Assembly (NCBI GenBank): GCA_965222605.1
Contig: OZ244960.1
Span: forward strand, 5,728,001-5,792,000
DNA from: Candidatus Latescibacterota bacterium
GTDB lineage: Bacteria > Latescibacterota > UBA2968
Reading direction: 5' to 3'
DNA: 64,000 bases
The position numbers were made by a program, and so were the translations under genes. Below the pieces are notes generated by a model, which had not been told where the DNA came from, searched no databases, and worked only from the letters and a program-made list of their open reading frames with translations. Shown one piece after another: positions 30,321 through 40,033 of this stretch; within the stretch, counting starts at the first letter, position 1; every line of letters begins with the position of its first letter.

Positions 30321-32207
30321 ATGACGCGCCTCCATTCCCACTTGTTTCGCATTCTCTCTGCACTACTCAGTCTTTTTATTTTGGCGGAAGTCAATCATCC
30401 GCAACTCTCACCGCAAGCCCAGCTATCGGTTTTTGCCCTGCTGGGCTTATGTCTTGTATTTCTCAAATATCCGATCCACTCCAATAAATCCCTCCAGATC
30501 CTCGATCTCTTTTTCGTTCTGGCTGTTGTTTTCTGTTTTGGTTATGTCCTGACCCAAACTGAATCGCTTTTTCAATCTTATTGGCTCAAAGGCCAATCCC
30601 TGGGCAATCGCGCGGGGATCGAACACGCGCTCGATCACGTTGTCGGTCTCATCGGGCTTATCCTGGTTCTCGAAGCCACCCGTCGCGCCATTGGTCTCAC
30701 CCTGCCCCTGCTCGCACTCGTTTTTTTGATTTATGCAGCTTATGGATATATCCTGCCCGACTGGCTCTTTCCCCACCGCGGATATAACTGGGAACGCATA
30801 GTCTCCCAGACCTATCTCCACTCTCAGGGCGTTTTTGGCATCGCGTTGAAAGTGATGTTTACCTACGTTTTTCTTTTTGTACTTTTTGGCACTGTGCTCG
30901 AAGAGACTGGTGCCACGGGATATATTCTGAATACGGCTCGCCGCATTTTTCGCAATAGCACCGGTGGACCAGCCAAAGTGGCTGTTATTTCTTCGGGTAT
31001 GATGGGGTCGCTTTCGGGCAGTGCCGTGGCTAATACTGCGACTACTGGCACGTTTACCATTCCGCTGATGCGCTCAACCGGATTTCGCCCAACTGTGGCT
31101 GGTGGTATTGAAGCCGCAGCGAGTTCGGGCGGTGCGCTCGTTCCGCCCATTATGGGTGCGGGCGCGTATATGATGCTCGAAATCGTCGAACCCGCTGTCA
31201 CGTATTTGGAGATCATCAAAGCCGCTCTGGTTCCGGCAATCCTCTATTACGCAGCACTTTTGCTGATTGTCCATTTTCACGCCAAACGCATTGGCGCGTC
31301 TGCAAGCGATGGAGATGTTCAGGAACGTCCCCCCAGACCCCAGGGGCTGGTGTTTCTCGTCGCTTTCATCACACTTATTGTATTTCTCATTTTGGGATAC
31401 ACGCCTTTCCGCGCTGTGAGTATCGCTCTGCTCTTTGTCCTGATTGTCGGTGCGTTCAACCCCACAACGCGCGTTGGTCTCCGCGCTATGATCCGTGCAT
31501 TGGAAAAGGCCGCACACGGCGGTGTCTCGCTTATTGCAGCGGCTTCATGCGTGGGTATTATTATCGGCGTTGTGACGCTCACGGGTATTGGCACAAAACT
31601 GCCGAGCACTTTGTTGCCCCTGGCGGAGAATAATATTATTCTGGCGTTAATTCTCCTTATGATCTCTACCATTATTCTGGGCATGGGCTTGCCTTCAGCC
31701 GTGTGTTATCTGCTTATGGCGACCATGGTGGGGCCTGTTCTGAGCGACCTCGGCATTGTGCCACTGGGCGCGCATCTGTTCATTTTTTATTTTGGCATGA
31801 TGTCTATGGTTACGCCTCCGGTCGCGCTGGCTGCGTACACGGCTGCCGCTATTGCAAAGGCGAGTATTATGCAAACTGGTGTCACGGCTTTCCGCTTTGC
31901 CCTTGTGGGTTTCGCTTTGCCCTATGCCTTTGTTTTACATCCAGAACTTTTGCTTTTGTCTTCTGATTTCACCGCTATAATCGCCAATATCCTCATCGTT
32001 CTGCTCGGTATTTTTCCCTTATCAGCCGCTGCCGCCGGGCATGCTTTTGCCCCTTTGCCCACTTATCAGCGCATCCTTTTACTCGCCGCTGCCCTTCTCT
32101 TATTCCTCACGCCATCGGGAGATACGCGCCTTTATTTACAAGGTATCGCGTTGCTCATCGCTGGCGGCATCGCGGTCTCAAACTATCGATCTGCTAATCA
32201 GGACTGA
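30321..32207 (+). CDS. TRAP transporter fused 4TM/12TM permease
   Basis: GGPAKVAV, SGSAVAN, ASSGGALVPPIMGAGA, TPPVALAAY. Confidence 0.92.
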   Translation: MTRLHSHLFRILSALLSLFILAEVNHPQLSPQAQLSVFALLGLCLVFLKYPIHSNKSLQILDLFFVLAVVFCFGYVLTQTESLFQSYWLKGQSLGNRAGIEHALDHVVGLIGLILVLEATRRAIGLTLPLLALVFLIYAAYGYILPDWLFPHRGYNWERIVSQTYLHSQGVFGIALKVMFTYVFLFVLFGTVLEETGATGYILNTARRIFRNSTGGPAKVAVISSGMMGSLSGSAVANTATTGTFTIPLMRSTGFRPTVAGGIEAAASSGGALVPPIMGAGAYMMLEIVEPAVTYLEIIKAALVPAILYYAALLLIVHFHAKRIGASASDGDVQERPPRPQGLVFLVAFITLIVFLILGYTPFRAVSIALLFVLIVGAFNPTTRVGLRAMIRALEKAAHGGVSLIAAASCVGIIIGVVTLTGIGTKLPSTLLPLAENNIILALILLMISTIILGMGLPSAVCYLLMATMVGPVLSDLGIVPLGAHLFIFYFGMMSMVTPPVALAAYTAAAIAKASIMQTGVTAFRFALVGFALPYAFVLHPELLLLSSDFTAIIANILIVLLGIFPLSAAAAGHAFAPLPTYQRILLLAAALLLFLTPSGDTRLYLQGIALLIAGGIAVSNYRSANQD

Positions 32208-34465
32208 ATGGTCAAATCTTCTGATCCGGATGAGAGAGAAAGAACGGTGCTTTCATCGGGGGACAGGTTGATTTGCGCGGTTGTATTTTCTGCATTAAGC
32301 GCGATTTGATTTTCTGATACAGCTATCGAAAAGTCGGGGTCGCTCTCGCCGGGACCGCGAACAGAGAAAATCGCGGCAATTCGACAGCGTTCTACGCGCT
32401 CTGTTTCTGCTGTAAGATGCCATCGCTTTTCGGGCAATTCTTTATCGAGTGTCGGATATCCTTTATCTGGTGCTACGGGCCATGCGTCTGTCTGGCTGAG
32501 GCGAAGATCTGTTGATCCAAAAAGCTGACCTTTTAAAGAAGCTCCCTTGCGGTTGGATGTGACAGTCGCCAGGTTGAGATCAAATTTTTCGAATGCGTGT
32601 AGCAGCCACTGGAATGTCGATGCCTCGGGGGCTTCCAATTCATCGACGAGAATAGTGATCGACGGGCGGACCATCACGAGATGCCGCCTGTATCGGTTCA
32701 ATCGATCTCCGTAAGCGTTCTCGGCTTCGCCACAGACATAACCAAACGGATCTGTGGTCTTGAAATCGATAATTTCGCCACCGCGGTTGCCATCCCGATT
32801 GATCGCTCCTTCGCCATTGACGAGAACGCAGTTGTGTGAAATCGAATGCTGTGCGTATTCGTTGTGAAATGGCGTACCGTGATGCGGATAGCGAAGGCCT
32901 CCGGCACAGATTAAAGCGCGTCCGCCTTTCATGACTGCAAAATCATTTTGGCTCGCATGGCCGTGGCTCACGCCGCCAAAGGGCGATGATCGGAAGAGTA
33001 CCATAAAATCTTTGTCCGGATGTTCTATATCGCTGTGCAATGCGCCCCAACCAACGCCTCGAAAGGCGCGATCTTGTGGCACTGAATCTTTTTGGGGAGG
33101 GATCGGTTTGTCTTCGAGCAGAATGCCGGGGAAGGGGTCGATCTGTGCGGGCTGATCCTCGGGGTCGCGCACCTGATCTGCCCAGGCGCGCAATCGATGA
33201 TTTTGCAATCTGAGACCGTGAAATTGAAGAAAGGTTCTGGCCTGTGAGGCGCGAACGGGCTGATCTTCGGTATCGCCAAATGGCATAAGCTCGCCAACTG
33301 GGGAAACGACGTAATAAAAAAACCACGGCATGTTCTGATAATAGGGTTTGAGCCATATATTGTGCCCGGTCGCCAATTTCCATGAGTGAAAAGGCATCGA
33401 GTCCCGCGAGTTGTAAGACATGCCATAGGGAACCCCCTGCGCCCAGCCTCCTTCATATCCGGCCCAATGGGGGAAATTTGTCGCAATAATTTTGAGCGCG
33501 TATTCCGCCCATGAGGGCGCGCGTTCATCTTCGGCACATGCAATGGCGTGTTCGAGCAAAAATCCGGGCAGACGCCCGTCGTGACTCCCGTCGGGCGTGA
33601 ATGTATAATCGTTTTTCTCCAGTCTTCGAATCATCTGGTCTGCCCGCGCGCCGAGCATGCGGGCGACGAGTTCGCGTTCGTCTTTGGTGAAAATATCGTA
33701 GATCCAGTCATAGACTTCAGCACCCGCCCTGAGCAATCCGAGACCGACTTCATCGCCATAAGGCGCGAGGATGGAGGATATGCCCTCCACATCCCACTGT
33801 GCGGCGTCAACAATAAAGCGCCGTGCGGCCTCGCCATATCGCTTTTCTCCAGTGAGCAAGTAAAACAGGGCAAGACTTCGCATGCCCCCATCGTGAAATT
33901 TGCGCATGGTCGAAAAACACGCATGGTAAGCCAGCCTGCGTTCGGCGGGGTCTTCAATCTGGTCGTACGTAGGCTCTGGCGGTGGCTCGAGTGTGAGCGC
34001 GTGGTCGGCGTCTTTTCTCAGGGCTTCATAAGCTTCGGATCGGGTGGATGTTAGCGAGCATCGCACGTTTTCCAGGTCAGACGCCAGAAAAAAGAGACGC
34101 GGGCGTTCTTTGGGGACGTTTGCCAGCAGTGTAGCGGCGTCTGGGTGAGGTTGTTCGGCAGCGCAATTGGTAATTTTAAAAGATTGGGACTCCGAGCACG
34201 CTCGAACTGCGCCATTTACAATGGCCTGTACATGCCAATCGTAGGTTCCGGGCGCAAAAGCGCGCTCTGGATGATGTATGGGATCGGAAAGGAGTGGAGA
34301 TTCATAATAGGGTTTTCCGTCGCGCGTGACAATGACGCGATACTGACATGCACCCCGATCAGCGGCCCGCCACCAACTAAAGCCGGGAGGCGAGAGTGTG
34401 AGTGTTTCACGGTCAAGGGGACGAATATAATTGGCGCGTGGCGGACGAATTGATGGAAATTTCAT
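32198..34465 (-). CDS. Heparinase II/III-family lyase with DUF4962-type N-terminus (oligosaccharide lyase)
   Basis: RPRLF, GGWAQGVPYG, SHGHASQNDF, HNCVLVNG, FQWLLHA; ATG 34465 after AAGGA; no signal peptide. Confidence 0.8.
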   Translation of the reverse strand: MKFPSIRPPRANYIRPLDRETLTLSPPGFSWWRAADRGACQYRVIVTRDGKPYYESPLLSDPIHHPERAFAPGTYDWHVQAIVNGAVRACSESQSFKITNCAAEQPHPDAATLLANVPKERPRLFFLASDLENVRCSLTSTRSEAYEALRKDADHALTLEPPPEPTYDQIEDPAERRLAYHACFSTMRKFHDGGMRSLALFYLLTGEKRYGEAARRFIVDAAQWDVEGISSILAPYGDEVGLGLLRAGAEVYDWIYDIFTKDERELVARMLGARADQMIRRLEKNDYTFTPDGSHDGRLPGFLLEHAIACAEDERAPSWAEYALKIIATNFPHWAGYEGGWAQGVPYGMSYNSRDSMPFHSWKLATGHNIWLKPYYQNMPWFFYYVVSPVGELMPFGDTEDQPVRASQARTFLQFHGLRLQNHRLRAWADQVRDPEDQPAQIDPFPGILLEDKPIPPQKDSVPQDRAFRGVGWGALHSDIEHPDKDFMVLFRSSPFGGVSHGHASQNDFAVMKGGRALICAGGLRYPHHGTPFHNEYAQHSISHNCVLVNGEGAINRDGNRGGEIIDFKTTDPFGYVCGEAENAYGDRLNRYRRHLVMVRPSITILVDELEAPEASTFQWLLHAFEKFDLNLATVTSNRKGASLKGQLFGSTDLRLSQTDAWPVAPDKGYPTLDKELPEKRWHLTAETERVERCRIAAIFSVRGPGESDPDFSIAVSENQIALNAENTTAQINLSPDESTVLSLSSGSEDLTIQS

Positions 34466-34485
34466 ATTTGGTGTCCTTTCTGTTT

Positions 34486-35646
34486 CTAAGACCACAACTC
34501 TGTGCCATCGGGTAAGTGCTTTAATATTTCTTCTTCGTCTAATTCGATGCCCAATCCGGGGCCATCTGGCACGGTGATGTACCCATTTTGAATCGGATTT
34601 TTGATATTCAACATCGTTGACCAGAGCGGGATATTGGCCGAGTGATATTCCAGAGCCAGGAAGTTGGGTATGGTGGAACAGATGTGTACAGCGGCTATGC
34701 CGGCTACTGTGCTCGCCATATAATGCGGTGCAATCGACATGTGATACATTTCGGCCAATTCTGCAATGCGCCGCGTTTCTATGGCGCCACCGCTGCGCGG
34801 TATATCGGGTTCGAGCAAGTCGCACGCGCCTTTTTCCATGAGTTCTCGAAATAGCTTTGCGCCGTAAAATATCTCGCCGGTACAAATCGGTGTTTCTGTT
34901 TGCATACAAATTTTTGCCAGAGCATCTACGTTACCCCATTCCCAACGAATCGGGTCTTCCAGCCACAATAAGTCGAGATGTTCCACATCTTTGCATATCC
35001 GCAGACCATCAATCGCGTTAAACGATCCGTGTAGATCTATCGACAAATCGATATACGGCCCTATTGCATCGCGCAACGCTTCAATCGTGGTTACGATATG
35101 TTCGTGTTGCCGCCGTCCGACAGACCGATCGTACACATCCATTTTCCAGGGGTTGGGAACGTCCAGATCAAATTTTAAGGCTGTAAATCCTTCGGCAACG
35201 CGCTCTTTTGCCCGCGCTACATAGCTCGATGTTTCATATACGGGATCTAATTCACCCGATGCCCGAACTTCGGCCCAGCGTCGATTATAGTCTTCTTGTG
35301 TCCAGTACGCACCCGAATGGCAATCGCAATACATCCGCACCTTGTCGCGCAGCTTACCTCCCAGGAGATCGCACATCGGTACGCCATAAGCTTTGCCGGC
35401 AATATCCCAGAGCGCGATTTCCACGCCTGCGCCCGCGCCTTGCATGCGCCACAGGTGATCTTGATGCAATTTGTTCACGTTGGTCGGGTCTTGTCCGATT
35501 AGCGTCCACTTCAATTGGTCAACCGATTGTCCTCCGCGCCATTCACCCAATCCTTCAATGCCTTCGTCTGTGATGATTTTTAATAATGACCAGTGCCGGC
35601 AGGCAGCCCCCAGAGAGGGTGTTTTTTGTATGTCTATGATTTTCAC
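34486..35646 (-). CDS. Mandelate racemase/enolase-superfamily acid-sugar dehydratase
   Basis: EIALWDIAGK, GFTALKFD, DLHG, WLEDP, TGE, PDGPGLGIELDE; GTG start after AGGAGGT. Confidence 0.9.
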   Translation of the reverse strand: MKIIDIQKTPSLGAACRHWSLLKIITDEGIEGLGEWRGGQSVDQLKWTLIGQDPTNVNKLHQDHLWRMQGAGAGVEIALWDIAGKAYGVPMCDLLGGKLRDKVRMYCDCHSGAYWTQEDYNRRWAEVRASGELDPVYETSSYVARAKERVAEGFTALKFDLDVPNPWKMDVYDRSVGRRQHEHIVTTIEALRDAIGPYIDLSIDLHGSFNAIDGLRICKDVEHLDLLWLEDPIRWEWGNVDALAKICMQTETPICTGEIFYGAKLFRELMEKGACDLLEPDIPRSGGAIETRRIAELAEMYHMSIAPHYMASTVAGIAAVHICSTIPNFLALEYHSANIPLWSTMLNIKNPIQNGYITVPDGPGLGIELDEEEILKHLPDGTELWS

Positions 35647-35754
35647 AATTACCTCCTAAAAAATGTCGCAGGAGACCCCCGGTTTTAGACAGGGGAGGCA
35701 TGCGAAGCACAATGCCAATAATGCGACATGTTAACAAATATCTGCATATAGATG

Positions 35755-35783
35755 TTGACATCCATACCTTTTGTAAGTATAAT
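35755..35783 (+). promoter_or_regulatory. Consensus sigma70 promoter inside the IS, upstream of tnpB
   Basis: TTGACA-17 nt-TATAAT, exact consensus. Confidence 0.75.
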
Positions 35784-35880
35784 AAAGTATGAATAGAACA
35801 ATAAAAAACAATATGTTATATCTATTATTCTGCATACCATTCTGCCGATTGGACACTATATTCAGGACGGTTAGTTTTAA

Positions 35881-37119
35881 ATGCCATACCTGACAATAAA
35901 AGCCCGTCTTCGCGGCGCACCTGAACGCTTTGCCATTCTTCGTGACGCAATGTTGTCTGCGACCAAAGTCTATAATGGCTTGATCTTTCATCTGCGTGAA
36001 GAATACGAGCAGCATGGAAAAGTCTGTTATTCGGCCAGCCATCTCAACCGTATCGCACGCGGGTTGCCGCGCCACAAGGAATTGTATTCCGATGTGGTAG
36101 ATACCACGCGACGAGAGGTGGGGCAGGCTTTTCAGTCGTTCTTTACAAGGTGCAAGCGCGACAAGAAGGCGCGGCCTCCAGGTTTCAGGAAGAAGACGCG
36201 ACTCTCTCCGCTGCGCTATTCTCACCCTAACAATGGCTCCATCAAGGTAATCCACAAGCGTGGAATGACCTTTCTTCGCATTTCCCTTGGCACCACCCGA
36301 AAGGACGGTGTGCGTCGCCTCGTCTTTCGTCTCCACACCCGCCCAAATGTTGACCTTTCCCAGTTGAAGAACGTCCAGATCATCTACGATATGCACACAC
36401 GGGATTTCCAAGCCCGTCTGGTGGTCGAAGTGGATGTCGTTCAAAAGCCGGGAGAGGCCACCGTTGGTGTAGATATAGGCGAAGACTGGCTCATTGCCGC
36501 AGATTTCTGTGATGGCTCTCGGTATCTGATCTGTGGACGTGAACTTAAGGCCACACGCCGATACTGGCAGAAGATCAGAGCAAAGGTCAAACCGCCCAGC
36601 CAGGACCATCCCAAGATGTCGAGACGCTATCGCCAGATCGCCCGAAAAGAAGCCCGACAAATCACGCATGCCCTCCATATCGCCAGCAGACGGTTTGTGG
36701 ATATGTGTGCCGAAAAGGGTGTGGGCACTATCATCCTGGGCGACCTGACCGGCATCCGACAGCACATCGCTTATGGCACAAGGATGAATCAACGCCTGCA
36801 CGCCTGGCCATATGCCAGACTCAGCGCAATGATTGAATACAAGGCCGCGCTGCTTGGCATAAAGGTCAAAGTCGTCTCGGAGAAATATACCTCGCAGACT
36901 TGCCCGCAATGTGGTATAAGAAAGAAATCCAATCGCAAGCATCGTGGTTGGTACTCCTGTCGTTGCGGCTTTGAAGGTCAAGCAGACCTTGTGGGTGCGT
37001 TCAATATCCATCGGCAGGTATCTGGGGTTTCCAGTAGTGGGCGTTCGGCGCGCCCCGTGGTCTTGGTGTTTGATCACCATACGGTCCACGAAGCTGCAAG
37101 TTCTCGGGAGGCCGCCTGA
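35881..37119 (+). CDS. tnpB: RNA-guided endonuclease TnpB
   Basis: RPPGFRKK, RuvC-I GVDIG, IILGDL, SEKYTSQTCPQC zinc finger, CRCG, RuvC-III ADLVGAFNI. Confidence 0.93.
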   Translation: MPYLTIKARLRGAPERFAILRDAMLSATKVYNGLIFHLREEYEQHGKVCYSASHLNRIARGLPRHKELYSDVVDTTRREVGQAFQSFFTRCKRDKKARPPGFRKKTRLSPLRYSHPNNGSIKVIHKRGMTFLRISLGTTRKDGVRRLVFRLHTRPNVDLSQLKNVQIIYDMHTRDFQARLVVEVDVVQKPGEATVGVDIGEDWLIAADFCDGSRYLICGRELKATRRYWQKIRAKVKPPSQDHPKMSRRYRQIARKEARQITHALHIASRRFVDMCAEKGVGTIILGDLTGIRQHIAYGTRMNQRLHAWPYARLSAMIEYKAALLGIKVKVVSEKYTSQTCPQCGIRKKSNRKHRGWYSCRCGFEGQADLVGAFNIHRQVSGVSSSGRSARPVVLVFDHHTVHEAASSREAA

Positions 37120-37172
37120 TAAAGGGCGACTCCCGGAATCCCGTGACTGAAGTCAAGGGAGCACGTCGAGTC

Positions 37173-38567
37173 TCAGTATCCCCAAATTCGTTTTTTTGGG
37201 CGTTCCATTTCGATCAGCCGTTTGATCAATAGATGCCGATGTTCAATCAGTGCATTGTCTGCATCTTGCGACACATCGCGGTATTCACCCCATTCAGCAT
37301 TCAAGTCATAGAGAAATTCTCGTCCATCGTCATGCGCGATATAGCGATAGTCGGCAGATCGGATCATTTTCCAGCCCGTGGCCTCCATCAATGCCACAGC
37401 TTTGTCCGGGGCGTTCCCCCCGCAGAAAACGGGATATAGCGATTGGCCCTGCAAATGGGGTGGGGTGGGTACACCGCAGGCTTCGAGCAAGGTGGGGAGT
37501 ACATCTACGCCTTCGACGATGCTGGAAACGCGCTGCCCGCTTTCTTTCCCGGGTATGCGCATTAGCAGGGGTACGCGGCTGACACAGTCGTGCCCCGGGT
37601 AGCTTTTGCCATAGCGCAAATGTTCGCCCAGCCATTCGCCGTGATCGGATGTGAAGACTACGATTGTTTCATCTGCAATGCCCAATTCGTCCAGCGCGTT
37701 TAACATGCGGCCCACGTGGTGATCGACTTCGCTGACCATGCCGTAATATCCCTGTCGCGCGAGGCGAAGCTCGCGATCGCCGTAGTGATTTTCACTGCGC
37801 TTTTCATCGACTTCTGGCGGGAAGGATGGCAAGGTAATTTGATCGGGATCGTATAAATTCAGGAAACGCTGTGGCGCGACCCAGGGCGAATGGGGGGAGT
37901 AAATTCCCGCGATGCACAAAAACGGGCTGCCTTCACTTGCACGTTCCGACATATATTGAATTGATCGGCTCGCCACCCACGCCGTGTGTGTGTATTCATC
38001 TTTTCCGCGGAAGGCAATAGGATGTTTGGGAAATCGTTCATCGGGGTGATGCACGCCGTCTTGTACGCCCATCATCTGGTGCCAATGCTCTGCCAATGGC
38101 GGCAATCCCAGGCTCAAATGATCGAGTTGATCCGGTGCTTCCATGCGTACCCAGGCGCGATAAGCATCTTCGTAACAGCCGGGTTCGTCGCTGATTTCCA
38201 GATGATCAAATCCATAATCGGGATGTACTTCGCGGTGGTCTCGATTGGCGTGTGGCAAAAAGTGCAATTTGCCGATATTTGCCGAGTGATATCCCGAATT
38301 GTGTAGCAATTTGGGCAATGTCACAAAGTCCTCGGGCACGGGTACGCCCATGTGTGTAATGCCGAGTGTGGAAGGGTATTGTCCGGTCAAAAAACTCACC
38401 CGACTGGGCATACATACGGGGTTCTGGACAAAGTAGTGATCAAAGTTTATGCCCTCGTTTGCCAGGCGATCCAGATTCGGTGTTTGAATATCGGTATTCC
38501 CATTCACACCCATGGCATCCCATCGCTGTTGGTCGGTGTAAATCAGTAATATATTCGGTCGTTTCAT
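37173..38567 (-). CDS. Cys-type (formylglycine) sulfatase, cytoplasmic
   Basis: RPNILLIYTDQQR, CMPSR, GKLH, FTSDHGE. Confidence 0.92.
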   Translation of the reverse strand: MKRPNILLIYTDQQRWDAMGVNGNTDIQTPNLDRLANEGINFDHYFVQNPVCMPSRVSFLTGQYPSTLGITHMGVPVPEDFVTLPKLLHNSGYHSANIGKLHFLPHANRDHREVHPDYGFDHLEISDEPGCYEDAYRAWVRMEAPDQLDHLSLGLPPLAEHWHQMMGVQDGVHHPDERFPKHPIAFRGKDEYTHTAWVASRSIQYMSERASEGSPFLCIAGIYSPHSPWVAPQRFLNLYDPDQITLPSFPPEVDEKRSENHYGDRELRLARQGYYGMVSEVDHHVGRMLNALDELGIADETIVVFTSDHGEWLGEHLRYGKSYPGHDCVSRVPLLMRIPGKESGQRVSSIVEGVDVLPTLLEACGVPTPPHLQGQSLYPVFCGGNAPDKAVALMEATGWKMIRSADYRYIAHDDGREFLYDLNAEWGEYRDVSQDADNALIEHRHLLIKRLIEMERPKKRIWGY

Positions 38568-38734
38568 GCTGTGCCTCTCTTTTACGAGATTTGTGATAAG
38601 GTCGTCCATAATACCCAAATTTGCCGTCAAAATCCACTGCCTTTTCCCTTGACACACCGTCCTATTTCGCCTTTTTTGATGCAACATTGATAGACTTTTG
38701 TTGGCCTCCTATTCACTGATTTCAGGAGATTGCA

Positions 38735-40024
38735 ATGCATTATAAAACACCGATTACCGATGTTCAGATTGAAGCCAATTTTAAGCATGCTGCCGAACAG
38801 TACGCCGCTTTTGGCGTGGATATTGGACGGGCTGTGGATAGGGCACTTGAAGTGCCGATCTCGCTCCATTGCTGGCAGGGCGACGATGTGGCGGGTTTTG
38901 AAGTCAAAGACGAAGCCGTTGAAGGCGGCGGCATTATGGCTACGGGCAATTATCCCGGTCGCGCGCGCAATGGGGATGAGCTTCGCCGAGATTTGAAAAA
39001 AGTCGTTGATCTTTTGCCCGGGCCACACAGAGCGAATATACACGCCTCTTATGGTGATACGGGTGGCGAAGTCGTTGATCGCGATGCCCTGACACCTGAG
39101 CACTTTGCGGGCTGGATCGATTGGGCAAAAGCGCACGATATCGGTATTGATTTTAATCCGACATATTTTGCACATCCCAAAGCCAACGATGGTTTCACCT
39201 TGAGCCATTCCGATAAAGGTATTCGCAATTTCTGGATTCAACACGGTATTGCGAGTCGCCGCATCTCTGAAGCTATTGGCAAAGCACTTGGGGATGACGT
39301 TGTCAACAATCACTGGATTCCCGATGGTGCCAAAGACCATCCCGCTGATCGGTGGACGCCCCGCGAGCGTCTGGTGGAAGCATTTGACACGATTTTCGAC
39401 GATGGTCTGGGCATAGGTCCCAAATGCGTTGATGCCGTTGAGGGCAAACTTTTTGGATTGGGTATGGAGGATTATACGGTTGGGTCCAATGATTTTTACG
39501 CCAATTATGCGTTGAGCAGGGGCAAACTGCTCTGTCTCGATATGGGGCATTTTCATCCGACTGAATCGATTGCCGATAAGCTCTCGGCACATTTTGCATT
39601 TCATGACAAGTTGCTCATCCACACGAGCCGTCCCATTCGCTGGGACTCGGATCACGTCGTTCTCTTTAGCGATGATGTGCGCTATGTTTTTCTGGAACTT
39701 GCCCGTCACAATGCGATTGACCGCATGTATCTCGCGCTCGATTTCTTCGATGCGAGCATCAATCGCATCGCGGCTTATGTTATTGGCACGCGCGCCACGC
39801 GCAAAGCCCTCCTCTATGGTCTCGTTGATCCGACTGATTGCCTGCGCCAACTCGAAGCCGAAGGCAAACTGGCACAAAAACTCGCGCTGATGGAAGAAAT
39901 GAAGACTATGCCTTTTTCCGCTGTGTGGGATATGTGCTGCCTCAAAGCCAATGTGCCTATCGGTGCTTCCTGGCTTGATGAGATAGAAGCTTACGAGCGC
40001 GATGTGTTGTCGCAACGCGATTGA
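38735..40024 (+). CDS. rhaA: L-rhamnose isomerase
   Basis: ISLHCWQGDDV, TGNYPGRAR, WIPDG, DMGHFHPTE, RWDSDHV, LDFFDASINR. Confidence 0.95.
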   Translation: MHYKTPITDVQIEANFKHAAEQYAAFGVDIGRAVDRALEVPISLHCWQGDDVAGFEVKDEAVEGGGIMATGNYPGRARNGDELRRDLKKVVDLLPGPHRANIHASYGDTGGEVVDRDALTPEHFAGWIDWAKAHDIGIDFNPTYFAHPKANDGFTLSHSDKGIRNFWIQHGIASRRISEAIGKALGDDVVNNHWIPDGAKDHPADRWTPRERLVEAFDTIFDDGLGIGPKCVDAVEGKLFGLGMEDYTVGSNDFYANYALSRGKLLCLDMGHFHPTESIADKLSAHFAFHDKLLIHTSRPIRWDSDHVVLFSDDVRYVFLELARHNAIDRMYLALDFFDASINRIAAYVIGTRATRKALLYGLVDPTDCLRQLEAEGKLAQKLALMEEMKTMPFSAVWDMCCLKANVPIGASWLDEIEAYERDVLSQRD

Positions 40025-40033
40025 GATATCCAA

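Larger units (their letters stand above)
35658..37169 (+). mobile_element. IS200/IS605-family (IS1341-like) non-autonomous element, tnpB only
   Basis: Left subterminal hairpin CCCCCGGTTTTAGACAGGGG, right GAAT-CCCGTGAC-TGAA-GTCAAGGG..TCGA; removal rejoins the flanks as TGA-GAC-AGGAGGT-AATT-GTG on the minus strand. Confidence 0.8.

Noticed and set aside
34466-34909. N-terminal extension of the 903-aa lyase ORF
   Set aside because: Overlaps the dehydratase gene in another frame; an RBS supports ATG 34465
35731-37089. 452-aa minus-strand ORF inside the IS, as a possible transposase
   Set aside because: Antisense to tnpB; no HUH/Y1 or serine recombinase motifs
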